DNA of 64,000 nucleotides, from NCBI GenBank assembly GCA_944391415.1, contig CALXTM010000003.1, forward strand, positions 22,510 through 86,509, given 5' to 3'. How positions within the stretch are numbered: position 1 is the first letter of the stretch; every line of letters begins with the position of its first letter. This DNA is from an uncultured Alphaproteobacteria bacterium. Its GTDB lineage: Bacteria; Pseudomonadota; Alphaproteobacteria; RF32; CAG-239. Made by a program: the position numbers and the translations under genes. Below are positions 18,360 through 28,229 of this stretch, piece after piece. The notes below the pieces were generated by a model. It saw nothing but the letters and a program-made list of their open reading frames with translations, had not been told where the DNA came from and did not search any database.

Positions 18360-19039
18360 TTTTTGTGTGGTTTCAGATGCTTCAAAATTCTTCTTTTTAT
18401 GTGGTTATAGAGATAAAACGCCACCAATATCAGGTATAGCCCGCCCATAATCCAAAATGTCCAAAATTTGATTTGTTTATCACTCCATTCTTTGGTAATT
18501 GAGTTAACGTTAAGGGCGCTTCCTTCAACCTTAAATTTGGCATTGGGGTTTTCGTGTAAAATCGAGGCACCTATCTGATAATCGGAGTTCAAAAAGTCAA
18601 ATTCAATCACCAAGTCACCGTCAATTTCTTTCAGATTGGCAGTTAAATCAGGAGTTGTCATGGTCTTATCCAATGTAAAATGCACCATTTTGGCATCATC
18701 AGGCACCACGATTCTTATAGGATTATGCCCGATTTTTGAGACATCTTGCCCCGATAAGGCCGATGCTCCTTTGTTTTGCAAAGTAACTCTTGTAAGGTAT
18801 AAGTCGTCATATTCCTTGCCATGGACGTTTACTTTGTAGTCATTGTTGTTTTGCGATGAGATAAAAGATATTGTTTCGGTATCATATTTCAAAATCGGTC
18901 TATTGATATAAAATTGATACCAACCGATGACGATTGCCGACACTGCCAGCAAAAATGCGCCTGTTTTACTGGTCCAAAAATCCCATATTGCGGTAATGAT
19001 TTTTTTGATATCGGTATTATTATGTTTAAATAATTTCAT
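18356..19039 (-). CDS. Hypothetical bitopic membrane protein (227 aa)
   Basis: ATG with GGAG SD, 55 nt downstream of the dsbD-like gene. Hydrophobic helices sit near both ends (GAFLLAVSAIVIGWY, FWTFWIMGGLYLILVAFYLY). The stop overlaps the stop of the convergent 710 aa gene by 4 nt. Confidence 0.6.
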   Translation of the reverse strand: MKLFKHNNTDIKKIITAIWDFWTSKTGAFLLAVSAIVIGWYQFYINRPILKYDTETISFISSQNNNDYKVNVHGKEYDDLYLTRVTLQNKGASALSGQDVSKIGHNPIRIVVPDDAKMVHFTLDKTMTTPDLTANLKEIDGDLVIEFDFLNSDYQIGASILHENPNAKFKVEGSALNVNSITKEWSDKQIKFWTFWIMGGLYLILVAFYLYNHIKRRILKHLKPHKN

Positions 19040-19094
19040 TTTTTATATCTCCTGCGGAGAAGATATAGTTATTGACCAACAAATAAAAAGGGGG

Positions 19095-20618
19095 TTATTG
19101 CAAATATTCTTCCAAGATCTGCGGAGTTAAAATTTGTGGCAATATCAGGTATTCATTTGATTTACCGTCATAATATACATAAAGCGGTACACTTGCTCTG
19201 CCATATTTTTTCAATCCGTCGGCAATTTTTTTATCTTGGTCGGTAAAATCGGCCCTGAGCAAAATTATATTTTTTTCTTTGGCCAAAGCCTGCAGAGTGT
19301 CAGATTGCAGAGCAGCTTTTTTGTTGACCAGACAAGTAATGCACCATCTGGCGGTAAAATCAATAAACACCGGCCGTTTGTTAACCAGAGCTTCTTTTAC
19401 TTTATCTGCCGAATATTCTTCCCAAATCGGGCTATTGTTTTTTATCAGACCTGTTTGAGCCGCCAATATCCAAGCCAACCACCAACAAGTCAGTATAATT
19501 GGAATGCTCAATATTTTTTTAAGCACATTCATCCATTTTCCTGGTTTGGGCAATATTCTATGCAGCATTTTGGGGTGATATGCCAGCCAGGCAAAGGGCA
19601 GGGCATATCCCAATGCCAACATCAAAAACACCGGAAAGTAAACATATGTCGGCGCCATCAAGGCATAACCTATTGCCGCTCCCATAAAGGGAGCCGAACA
19701 AGGGCTTGCAATCAACACAGCCAACAGCCCCGACATGAACGCATTTGTTTTAATGTCTTTGAATTTCAATAAAGACAATTTATTAAGCCACGGATAATTA
19801 AAGTTTATGATATCAAGCATCATCAAGGCCAAAACAACAAATACCGCCAGCATTATTCCGACAAACAATGGCGATTGCATCTGAAACCCCCATCCTGCGG
19901 CATCATTGGTTTTTCTTAATATCAGTAAAACAGCCGCAACAGCAAGCATTGATACCACAACTCCCAATGTATAAAACCATGCTTCATAACTGCGCGTCTT
20001 TTTCCTGACATTTGCCAGTGATATGATTTTGATACTCAATATCGGCAAAACACAAGGCATCAAATTAAGAATTATGCCGCCCAAAAAGGCCATCAGCAAA
20101 ATACTAATCAAGTTTATTGACGGTAAATAATCATCACTCAAAAAACTAGAGCTTGCCTCACGCAAAATTTTGCCAAAATTTTGCGTTTTTCGTGGATAAA
20201 GTCGTAATTTTTTCTCGCCTCTGATGCATTCATCTTTGCAGCCTTGCCAAGATATTGCGACCAAGAGCTCATCAGTTGGTTGAATATTTTTGATGGTAGT
20301 TTTATAAAAAGCTTTGCCTTCATATCCATCAAAAGAAATTCCTTCCTGATTAAAGCTTTTCGTCCGGCTAAAACTTTCTTCCAATACCAAGGCATTTTGG
20401 GGTGTTTGCCATTGGATGACAAGCGGCGCACCGAATTCTTGATCATAAGGAGCAAACAAATGCCATCCAGGTTTGATATCAAATTCCAACAAGACCTCAA
20501 ACAAACCGTCTTTTCCATAGTCGGTATAAGCCTTGATATCTACCATATCAGGCGTTTGGGCCAAAGCCGAGTTAGTCCACAGCCAAACAGCCAGACAAAC
20601 CGCTTTCATCAATTTCAT
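19095..20618 (-). CDS. dsbD: Thiol:disulfide interchange protein, DsbD/ScsB-like
   Basis: Signal peptide, N-terminal DsbD-alpha-like domain with WQGCKDECI, a CcdA-type membrane core (LNLMPCVLPILS, SPCSAPFMG) and a C-terminal thioredoxin motif WCITC. Confidence 0.85.
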   Translation of the reverse strand: MKLMKAVCLAVWLWTNSALAQTPDMVDIKAYTDYGKDGLFEVLLEFDIKPGWHLFAPYDQEFGAPLVIQWQTPQNALVLEESFSRTKSFNQEGISFDGYEGKAFYKTTIKNIQPTDELLVAISWQGCKDECIRGEKKLRLYPRKTQNFGKILREASSSFLSDDYLPSINLISILLMAFLGGIILNLMPCVLPILSIKIISLANVRKKTRSYEAWFYTLGVVVSMLAVAAVLLILRKTNDAAGWGFQMQSPLFVGIMLAVFVVLALMMLDIINFNYPWLNKLSLLKFKDIKTNAFMSGLLAVLIASPCSAPFMGAAIGYALMAPTYVYFPVFLMLALGYALPFAWLAYHPKMLHRILPKPGKWMNVLKKILSIPIILTCWWLAWILAAQTGLIKNNSPIWEEYSADKVKEALVNKRPVFIDFTARWCITCLVNKKAALQSDTLQALAKEKNIILLRADFTDQDKKIADGLKKYGRASVPLYVYYDGKSNEYLILPQILTPQILEEYLQ

Positions 20619-21313
20619 TATTTTTTACTTTTTTCCGAAATAACAAGTTTATAATAGGCTGATGATATGATTATTAATGCTTTAACCAAACACCAACATC
20701 CCAGAGCAATGGCAATCGGCAAAAATGCAAACGGCATAATACACAATAACACAAAAGCGGCCAAAGTTTCAAAACCTTGGGCTATTCCGCCCAAATAAAA
20801 CGGCGATTCCAAAAGAGTTTGCTGTTCTTTTTTGGCCGTTTCGTTATAGCTAACCACTCCATAAGCCAGCATTGCCGAGGCCGAAGCACTAAACCCAAAC
20901 AGCAAGAAACATGCTGCGACGGCGTTTTCTTCGGGATCGGCCAAAGCAAATCCGAATATTACCCCGGCATAGAATATAAAATCAAGGCATGCATCAAGAA
21001 AAATTCCGAATTTGCTTGGCTTTTCGTATTTAGCCACTGCACCGTCCAAAACATCGCAAAATCGGTTGATTAAAATGCACATTAGCGCTTCAAAATACAT
21101 ATTCATTGCCAAAAAGTTTATTGCCATCATTCCGATAACAAAGCCAAAAATCGAAACCATATTGGCATTAATTCCGTTTTTAGAGAGATCTTTTCCCCAA
21201 GCATTTACTTTTTTCTGCCAAGATTGTTTGGTGCAAGATGCATTTTTGCAAAAATCCGAATTTTTATATTCATTGAATAACTGTTTGAATTTAATAATTA
21301 ATTTATCAAGCAT
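20618..21313 (-). CDS. CDP-alcohol phosphatidyltransferase family protein
   Basis: Motif DVLDGAVAKY-x6-FGIFLDACLD matches D-x2-DG-x2-A(R/K)...G-x3-D-x3-D. Multiple TM helices. The stop overlaps the dsbD-like start by 1 nt. Confidence 0.75.
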   Translation of the reverse strand: MLDKLIIKFKQLFNEYKNSDFCKNASCTKQSWQKKVNAWGKDLSKNGINANMVSIFGFVIGMMAINFLAMNMYFEALMCILINRFCDVLDGAVAKYEKPSKFGIFLDACLDFIFYAGVIFGFALADPEENAVAACFLLFGFSASASAMLAYGVVSYNETAKKEQQTLLESPFYLGGIAQGFETLAAFVLLCIMPFAFLPIAIALGCWCLVKALIIISSAYYKLVISEKSKK

Positions 21314-21436
21314 GACTTAACCCCTTTGCCAGTTAATTTTTTAATATACTTGAGTTATTGACTCTCAATGCGCTTCACTATAAAACATTTTTTATATTTT
21401 GTAAAAAACAACTTAACAATTATGCAAGGTATAAAT

Positions 21437-22441
21437 ATGCGTCGTATTCACTATATTTCAATATTAACTTGTGTTATAGTGTTGGGAGTTTTTGTGTATT
21501 TTAATGCTGCACCGTACAAAACGATTAAAGGCACCATTTTTGGCACTTATTACACCGTCAAAATCAAAACCGATCGTCCCGTGGCAGATTTAAGAGCTTT
21601 GATTGAAACAGAGCTTAAGCGTATAGATCAAGAAATGTCGGTTTTCATCACCGATAGCGAAATTTCAAGGATTAATCAGGCCCCCAAAGATATAGATATA
21701 AAATTATCGCCTGATATGGCCGAGGTGTTGAAAGCCGCCTATATTGTTAACCATCAATCGCAAGGTTGGTTTGACCCGACCCTTGGCAAATTAATAGATC
21801 TTTGGGGATTTGGGGCAGGCGATGGCAGGATTCCGTCGGATGAAGAAATATCCCAAGCCAAAGAATATACCGGCTTTGACAAGCTTGTTTTTTCTGATGA
21901 CTTTACCTCGGTGCGCAAGCAAAATTCTGCAACTTATCTTAATCTTTCGGCCATAGCCAAAGGGTATGGTGTTGACAAAGTTGCCACACTGTTGGAGCAA
22001 CATGGCTTTAGGGATTATTTGGTAGAAATCGGCGGCGAAATCAAAGCAAGCGGTTTTCGCTCGAATAAAAAAGAAACATGGAATATCGGCATTAATCGCC
22101 CCAAAGCAGGAGCTCATGACAATATTATGATTGTTTCACTCAGCAATTTGGCGGTTGCCACTTCCGGAAATTATCGCAATTTTTACAAAGAAAATGGCAA
22201 AATCTATGGCCACACGATTTCTTACCAAACCGGACGTCCGATATTAAACGATGCCATTTCTGTCAGTGTTTTTCACAATTCTTGTATGTATGCCGATGCA
22301 TACGCCACGGCCATCATGGCAATGGGGGTTGATAAAGGATTGGAATTTGCAGATCGATATAACCTCAAAGTGATAATAATAAACAACGAGTTTACCCCGG
22401 TATTGTCGCAAAGCGCCCGTCTTATTTTTGAGGAAAACTAA
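21437..22441 (+). CDS. apbE: FAD:protein FMN transferase ApbE
   Basis: ApbE motifs (DPTLGKLIDLWGFG, LSAIAKGYGVD, ATSGNYRNF, DAYATA). The start is set at the ATG at 21437 (MRRIHYISILTCVIVLG, a signal anchor) rather than the longer track ORF. Confidence 0.85.
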   Translation: MRRIHYISILTCVIVLGVFVYFNAAPYKTIKGTIFGTYYTVKIKTDRPVADLRALIETELKRIDQEMSVFITDSEISRINQAPKDIDIKLSPDMAEVLKAAYIVNHQSQGWFDPTLGKLIDLWGFGAGDGRIPSDEEISQAKEYTGFDKLVFSDDFTSVRKQNSATYLNLSAIAKGYGVDKVATLLEQHGFRDYLVEIGGEIKASGFRSNKKETWNIGINRPKAGAHDNIMIVSLSNLAVATSGNYRNFYKENGKIYGHTISYQTGRPILNDAISVSVFHNSCMYADAYATAIMAMGVDKGLEFADRYNLKVIIINNEFTPVLSQSARLIFEEN

Positions 22442-22442
22442 T

Positions 22443-22871
22443 ATGGAAAATATCACACATCAAGCCAAGATTATAAATATCAAAGGCCACACCATCACTC
22501 TTAAACTTATGCCAAACGATGCCTGCCATAGCTGTGCGGCCAACAATTTCTGCAATTTATCCAAACACGGCAGAGAAAGGGTTATCAATATCGATGATGC
22601 AAATTCTGCAAATTTTCAAATTGGTGAAGAGGTTGACGTTTGTATCAGTTTGCGCAATGGCATTAAAGCCGTTGTTTATGCATATATTATTCCGCTTTTG
22701 CTGCTTTTGGGTGCTGTTATTATATGTAAGACAATCGGCTTAAATGATTTTAAAAGCGGAATATCTGGCATAATTGTCTTGCTTCCTTATTATTTTGTTT
22801 TATTCTTGATGAAAAACAAATTTAACTCAGGTTTAACTTTTAAGATTACAGGGCACACAACCGATGAATGA
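22443..22871 (+). CDS. rseC: RseC/SoxR-reducing-system family membrane protein
   Basis: N-terminal beta region with a CHSC-x5-C motif followed by two TM helices, sitting immediately upstream of rnfB. The start ATG lies 1 nt after the apbE stop. Confidence 0.7.
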   Translation: MENITHQAKIINIKGHTITLKLMPNDACHSCAANNFCNLSKHGRERVINIDDANSANFQIGEEVDVCISLRNGIKAVVYAYIIPLLLLLGAVIICKTIGLNDFKSGISGIIVLLPYYFVLFLMKNKFNSGLTFKITGHTTDE

Positions 22872-23694
22872 TTTGATATTGCTCAATATGCTTATTCTCG
22901 GCGGCACGGCGTTTGTTGCGGCATTGATATTATATTTGGTGTCTAAAAAATTTGCTGTCAAAACCGATGAAATGGTAATAAGCATTGCCGCAGCTCTGCC
23001 GCAGGTCAATTGTGGGGCTTGTGGTAAAGCAGGCTGTGCTGATTTTGCCACGGCTTGTGCCCGGGCCGACGAACCGTCGTTTGCCAATTTATATTGTCCT
23101 GTCGGCGGTGCGGCGGTTATGCAGAAAATAGCCTCAATCAGAGGTTTTGCTGCCACAGACAGAGCCCAAAGTGTTGCTGTATTGCGGTGTCAGGGTAGTT
23201 GTCAGAATGCCCCGGCAAAGATAGCCTATGAGGCCATCAGCTCTTGTCGTATAGCCAATCGCATATCAAGCGGGCAAAGCGGTTGTCCAGACGGTTGCCT
23301 ACACATAGGCGATTGTGTCAAAGTTTGCAAATTTGGAGCATTATCTTTAGATAAGACAAGCAATATGCCGGTTGTTGACAGCAAAAAGTGTACCTCCTGC
23401 GGAGCATGTGTTAAAATTTGTCCGCGAGGTTTGTTCGAAATCCGCAAACAAAGTCCGGCAGGCGGCATGGTCTATGTTGCCTGTCGTAATAAACAAAAAG
23501 GAGCCATTGCACGAAAGAACTGCAGCAAGGCCTGTATTGCTTGTCTTAAATGCACCAAAATTTGTGATCAAATTAAGGTTGAGAATAATTTGTCATATAT
23601 TCCGCCGGAGGTAGATGCCGGAGTTTTTGGCGAAGAGTTAGCCAAATCTTGCCCGACATCAGCGATAATTTATAAAGAGAGGGTTCATGGTTAA
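22864..23694 (+). CDS. rnfB: Rnf complex subunit B (ferredoxin-binding Fe-S subunit)
   Basis: N-terminal TM helix, CGACGKAGCADFATAC, and several CxxCxxCxxxCP ferredoxin motifs. Confidence 0.9.
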   Translation: MNDLILLNMLILGGTAFVAALILYLVSKKFAVKTDEMVISIAAALPQVNCGACGKAGCADFATACARADEPSFANLYCPVGGAAVMQKIASIRGFAATDRAQSVAVLRCQGSCQNAPAKIAYEAISSCRIANRISSGQSGCPDGCLHIGDCVKVCKFGALSLDKTSNMPVVDSKKCTSCGACVKICPRGLFEIRKQSPAGGMVYVACRNKQKGAIARKNCSKACIACLKCTKICDQIKVENNLSYIPPEVDAGVFGEELAKSCPTSAIIYKERVHG

Positions 23695-25009
23695 AGAATA
23701 TATGTTTCCCATGGGCGGCATACATCTTAAAAAATATAAGATAACAACGGACTGTCCCATTATAGATGCAAAAATTCCCGATATCGTAACAATACCGGTA
23801 AAGCAACACATAGGATCACCGGCTAAAACACTGGTTTCCAAAGGCGATAAAGTAAAAGTCGGAACATTGTTGGCCGATGCCGACGGCATTGTGTCTTCAG
23901 ATGTTCATTCTTCGGTTTCTGGCGAGGTTATAAAGATTGAAGATTTGCCATCTTCAAGTGGCTATGAAGAAAAGATGATCAGCATTAAAACCGAAGGCGA
24001 CGAATGGGAAGCAAGCATAGATAAAAGCGATAAAATAATCCAGGAGATTAATTTATCGCCGGAAGAAATTATTGCCAAGATTCGTGAAGGCGGAATTGTC
24101 GGCATGGGCGGGGCAGGCTATCCAACCCCAATCAAGACAGCGGTTCCCGAAGGTAAAAAGGTTGAATTATTGATAGTAAACGGCATTGAGTGTGAGCCTT
24201 TTTTGACTGCTGACGATCGGTTGATGGTCGAACATGCCGAAGAAATTATCATGGGGGCCAGGGTAATCAATCGTGCTTTGGGAATTCAAAATGCAATTAT
24301 CGCCATAGACGAAAACAAACCCAAAGCAATCGAAGCACTTACCACACTAAGCAAACGCTATGTGGGAGTAAATGTTAAAGTTTGTCGTACCAAGTATCCG
24401 CAAGGCGGAGAAAAACAATTAATAAGGGCCATTACCGGGCGGGAGCTTCCCTCGGGCAAATTACCGGTTGATATTGGTTGTATTGTCCAAAACGTCGGAA
24501 CGGTTTTTGCCGTTTATGAAATGGTGTTAAAAAACAAACCGTTGTTTGAGCGTATAGTAACCGTCTCAGGCGATGGATGCCGTCATCCCGGTAATTATCG
24601 TGTAAGGATAGGCACGCCAATTTCATCGCTGATTGAAGAAACCGGCGGCCTAAGTGATGATGTTAATAAGATAATCATTGGCGGACCGATGATGGGCAAT
24701 GCGATTGTTAATACTTCGGCTCCGGTTACCAAACTGACATCAGGCATATTACTGCTTAAAGACGACAGTTTCAGCAAAAAAGAGGCCTCGGCATGTATAC
24801 GTTGCGGCAAATGCGCACTTGTATGCCCGGCAGGACTTCGTCCATATGCCATCAAACAGGCCGTAACATTTAATGATACGACCGAGTGTTTGCGCAAGCT
24901 TCACGCCGGCGATTGTATAGAGTGCGGTTGCTGTTCATATATTTGTCCGGCCAGAATTCCAATCCTTGATTATTGCAAAATTGCCAAACAGGAAATCAGA
25001 AAGAAGTGA
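23687..25009 (+). CDS. rnfC: Rnf complex subunit C
   Basis: GMGGAGYPT nucleotide-binding motif, ECEPFLTAD, and two C-terminal 4Fe-4S motifs (CIRCGKCALVCP, CIECGCCSYICP). Confidence 0.9.
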   Translation: MVKEYMFPMGGIHLKKYKITTDCPIIDAKIPDIVTIPVKQHIGSPAKTLVSKGDKVKVGTLLADADGIVSSDVHSSVSGEVIKIEDLPSSSGYEEKMISIKTEGDEWEASIDKSDKIIQEINLSPEEIIAKIREGGIVGMGGAGYPTPIKTAVPEGKKVELLIVNGIECEPFLTADDRLMVEHAEEIIMGARVINRALGIQNAIIAIDENKPKAIEALTTLSKRYVGVNVKVCRTKYPQGGEKQLIRAITGRELPSGKLPVDIGCIVQNVGTVFAVYEMVLKNKPLFERIVTVSGDGCRHPGNYRVRIGTPISSLIEETGGLSDDVNKIIIGGPMMGNAIVNTSAPVTKLTSGILLLKDDSFSKKEASACIRCGKCALVCPAGLRPYAIKQAVTFNDTTECLRKLHAGDCIECGCCSYICPARIPILDYCKIAKQEIRKK

Positions 25010-25015
25010 CTAACT

Positions 25016-26005
25016 ATGTTAAAAATATCTACCAATCCACATATGCAAACTAACCGAGATATCAGAGCTTTGATGCTTGATGTCGTGATAGCTTTAATGC
25101 CGGCGGCAATAGCGGCAATATTATTTTTCGGCATAGATGCACTCCGTGTAATTCTTACATCGGTTGCGGCTTGTGTTATGTTTGAGTATCTTTGCTGTCG
25201 CTACTGGTTCAAGAGCGAAAATTCGACCAAAGATTTTTCGGCCGTAATAACCGGGCTGCTTTTGGCATACAATCTGCCATCCACCATGCCTTGTTGGATG
25301 ATATTGATTGGTGCTTTTATGGCCATAGTCGTTGCCAAAATGTGTTTTGGCGGGTTAGGGCGCAATATCTTTAATCCGGCTTTGGTTGGCAGGGTGTTTT
25401 TATTTATTTCTTTCCCGGTCCAAATGACCGTATGGCCCGTGCCGCATTTTTTGCAGATGATAAGTCCTGATGGTGCTACCGGAGCCACACCGCTTAAGAT
25501 TCTAAAAAGCATCGATGCCTCATCTTCAGCCAGTACGCAAATGTATTCGATTGACGATTTGCCAAGCTATCTTAATATGTTTTTGGGCAATATCGGCGGT
25601 TGTATCGGCGAGGTTTCAACCATCGCATTGTTGCTTGGGTTTGCTTGGTTGCTTTATCGCAAAGTAATAACCTGGCATATTCCGGTCTATTATTTATTGA
25701 CAGTATTTGTATTTACGTCTGCATTATATTTTATAACCGGCAATATGAAATTTTTGCCTTTTGCGCACCTGCTTTCAGGCGGTCTTATGTTGGGAGCAAT
25801 TTTTATGGCAACCGACTATACGACCTCGCCGATGACGTTAAAAGGACAAATTATATTTGCCATCGGTTGCGGTATTTTGACTGTTATAATCAGGTCGTTT
25901 AGTGCCTATCCCGAGGGGGTTTCGTTTGCCATATTAATTATGAATGCTTTTGTTCCGTTGATTGACAAATATGCCACCCAACGTTGTTATGGGGAGAAAC
26001 GCTAA
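25016..26005 (+). CDS. rnfD: Rnf complex subunit D
   Basis: Polytopic membrane protein with the FMN-attachment motif FMATDYTTSP. Confidence 0.9.
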   Translation: MLKISTNPHMQTNRDIRALMLDVVIALMPAAIAAILFFGIDALRVILTSVAACVMFEYLCCRYWFKSENSTKDFSAVITGLLLAYNLPSTMPCWMILIGAFMAIVVAKMCFGGLGRNIFNPALVGRVFLFISFPVQMTVWPVPHFLQMISPDGATGATPLKILKSIDASSSASTQMYSIDDLPSYLNMFLGNIGGCIGEVSTIALLLGFAWLLYRKVITWHIPVYYLLTVFVFTSALYFITGNMKFLPFAHLLSGGLMLGAIFMATDYTTSPMTLKGQIIFAIGCGILTVIIRSFSAYPEGVSFAILIMNAFVPLIDKYATQRCYGEKR

Positions 26006-26595
26006 TGTCAAAGAAAAAGCAAGGTGTTTTAAGACCTGTTGTTACGTTAGTTGCTATAGCTTGTTTGTCGGCTTTTATCTTGGGCTATGTTCATGAGCTT
26101 ACCTTAGAGCCGATAAAAAGAGCCAAAGACAATCAAGAGCTCGCCGCCATAGCCGAGGTCGTCGGAGATTTTGATAATAATCCGTTTGCCGAGAAAATGA
26201 CCATCACCACCAAAAACAAAAAACACAAAATGGTTATGTATCCGGCAAGAAAAGACGGAGCTCTAAATTCTGTTGCCATCAAAACCTATAGCAACAACGG
26301 GTTTGGCGGACGAATAGAGCTAATAGTTGGCTTTAATGTTGACGGTTCAATCAAAAACTTTAAGATTATCTCAAGTCACGAGACACCGGGGCTTGGCACC
26401 AAAGTAGACGAGCCAAGATTTAAGGAGCAATTCAAAGGCTTTTATCCGCGTCGCCAAGTCCTAAAGGTAAAACAAGATGGCGGCGATATAGATGCGGTTA
26501 CCGCTGCAACCGTAAGCTCGCGCGCAGTTCTAAAAGCAATTGAGCGTGCTTTTTCGGCTTTTAGCAATTTTAATTCGGGGAGGGACGATGAGTAG
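26005..26595 (+). CDS. rnfG: Rnf complex subunit G
   Basis: Start re-set to the ATG in the TAATG overlap with rnfD (MSKKKQGVL...). Single TM helix, HETPGLG, and flavinylation motif DAVTAATVSSRAV. Confidence 0.9.
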   Translation: MSKKKQGVLRPVVTLVAIACLSAFILGYVHELTLEPIKRAKDNQELAAIAEVVGDFDNNPFAEKMTITTKNKKHKMVMYPARKDGALNSVAIKTYSNNGFGGRIELIVGFNVDGSIKNFKIISSHETPGLGTKVDEPRFKEQFKGFYPRRQVLKVKQDGGDIDAVTAATVSSRAVLKAIERAFSAFSNFNSGRDDE

Positions 26596-27184
26596 GGAAA
26601 GTATATCCAATCTTACACGCGGCATTATCAGAGAAAATCCCATATTTGTTATGTTGCTTGGTATGTGTCCGACACTTGGTGTCTCAACCTCGGCGACCAA
26701 TGGTTTGGGTATGGGGCTTGCGACTATGTTTGTGCTGATTTTATCCAATGTGTTTATCTCGGCTGTCAAAAATTTGATTCCCGATATCATCAGAATACCT
26801 AGTTTTATTGTTATTATTGCTTCCTTTGTCACGGTAATAGAAATGTTGATGCAAGCCTATATACCGGTATTGTATCAAGCCCTTGGAATTTATATTCCGC
26901 TTATTGTGGTCAACTGCATCATTCTTGGCCGCGCAGAGTCATTTGCCTCCAAAAATAATATCTGGCAGTCTTTTTTGGACGGAGTAGGCATGGGATTAGG
27001 GTTCACACTGGCACTAACCATACTTGGTTCAGTTCGGGAGATTTTGGGCAACGGTTCGATTTTTGGTTGGTCTTTTATCGGAGAAAATGCACATCCGATG
27101 CTGTTGTTTATCATGCCGCCCGGAGCATTTTTGGCTTTGGCTGGTATAATAATGGTGGTCAATAAACTTCGGGGGACAAAATAA
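26588..27184 (+). CDS. rnfE: Rnf complex subunit E
   Basis: Start re-set to the ATG at 26588, an 8-nt overlap with rnfG. RnfE pattern ENPIFVMLLGMCPTLGVS and NCIILGRAE. Confidence 0.9.
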   Translation: MSRESISNLTRGIIRENPIFVMLLGMCPTLGVSTSATNGLGMGLATMFVLILSNVFISAVKNLIPDIIRIPSFIVIIASFVTVIEMLMQAYIPVLYQALGIYIPLIVVNCIILGRAESFASKNNIWQSFLDGVGMGLGFTLALTILGSVREILGNGSIFGWSFIGENAHPMLLFIMPPGAFLALAGIIMVVNKLRGTK

Positions 27185-27186
27185 TC

Positions 27187-27762
27187 ATGGCATATTTAAT
27201 GATTTTTATTACGGCAATTTTTGTAAACAATATCATATTGTCGCAATTTTTGGGCATATGTCCGTTTTTGGGTGTGTCAAAACGTATTTCTACGGCTTTA
27301 GGTATGGGGTTTGCGGTTATGTTTGTCATGACTTTGGCAACAGTAGTAACTTTTCTTATTTACTACACTTTTTTGCAACCATATCAGTTAACATTTATGA
27401 CCACGGTAACCTTTATTTTGGTAATTGCCTCTTTGGTTCAAATGGTTGAGCTGGTGATAAAGAAGACATCGCCGGCGTTATATCAGTCACTTGGCATATT
27501 TTTGCCATTGATTACCACCAATTGTGCTGTTTTGGGAATTGCTATTTTAACCATTCAAAAAAATTATACTTTGCTGGCCGGTATTTGCTATACTTTAGCC
27601 TCGGCAATTGGATTTACTCTGGCAATAGTTATATTTGCCGGCATCAGAGAAAGACTTGATCGCACCGATATACCCGATGCTTTGCGAGGCACCCCGATTG
27701 TGTTGATATCTGCGGCTTTGTTGTCAATGGCATTCATGGGGTTTGCCGGTATTTCATACTAA
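27187..27762 (+). CDS. rnfA: Rnf complex subunit A
   Basis: RnfA pattern NIILSQFLGICPFLGVS and TTNCAVLG. 191 aa. Last gene of the cluster. Confidence 0.9.
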   Translation: MAYLMIFITAIFVNNIILSQFLGICPFLGVSKRISTALGMGFAVMFVMTLATVVTFLIYYTFLQPYQLTFMTTVTFILVIASLVQMVELVIKKTSPALYQSLGIFLPLITTNCAVLGIAILTIQKNYTLLAGICYTLASAIGFTLAIVIFAGIRERLDRTDIPDALRGTPIVLISAALLSMAFMGFAGISY

Positions 27763-27770
27763 TAAAAAAA

Positions 27771-27805
27771 CCTTGGTTGTGTCAGTCAACCAAGGTTAAA
27801 ATTTT
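27771..27805. terminator. Bidirectional rho-independent terminator after rnfA
   Basis: Stem ccttggttg / caaccaagg (27771-27779 / 27787-27795), preceded by an A-run and followed by a T-rich tract. It lies between convergent genes. Confidence 0.8.
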
Positions 27806-28168
27806 TCACAAAATGGTGTTCAAGTTTACTATATGAAGCTCATCCATAAAAGGAAAAATGATTTCCCTGTTGTCTTCCCCGCAGGGAGAAACGATGAAAA
27901 CCTTGTTTTTCCCGGCCAAGGTTATCACATTCATCATATCATGGTTGTCGGCATATTTGTCAACCGCCTCTTGATAAGACAAGATTTTGATATTCCACCC
28001 GAGGATCACTCTTCTTAACGGTCGGCCGTAGCGATATTGATATTGGACAATAAATCCGATACCATGCTCCCTTGCAAAAGATACAGCCTCGCGCAAATTG
28101 CACAATTTAACACTTTCTTCTGTTCCGATTGCAGCATTCAACCCAACGCCATAGCGATTTTTATTCAT
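27806..28168 (-). CDS. Hypothetical protein (120 aa)
   Basis: ATG start; the ORF ends at the bidirectional terminator. No recognisable motifs. Confidence 0.5.
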   Translation of the reverse strand: MNKNRYGVGLNAAIGTEESVKLCNLREAVSFAREHGIGFIVQYQYRYGRPLRRVILGWNIKILSYQEAVDKYADNHDMMNVITLAGKNKVFIVSPCGEDNREIIFPFMDELHIVNLNTIL

Positions 28169-28229
28169 AACAAAAAAATTTTTATTTAATTTAACATAAT
28201 TGTAGACGATTTCTGCTAGGATAAAATTT

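Noticed and set aside
19236-19772. 178 aa plus-strand ORF, plus other antisense ORFs over 100 aa (7991..8455, 10115..10618, 14238..14738, 50293..50850, 57094..57687, 59496..60032, 62021..62578)
   Set aside because: Each lies entirely within a confidently identified gene on the opposite strand (dsbD, fabF, accC, accD/accA, hflX, the coiled-coil gene, parC, kdsA). None has a recognisable motif.
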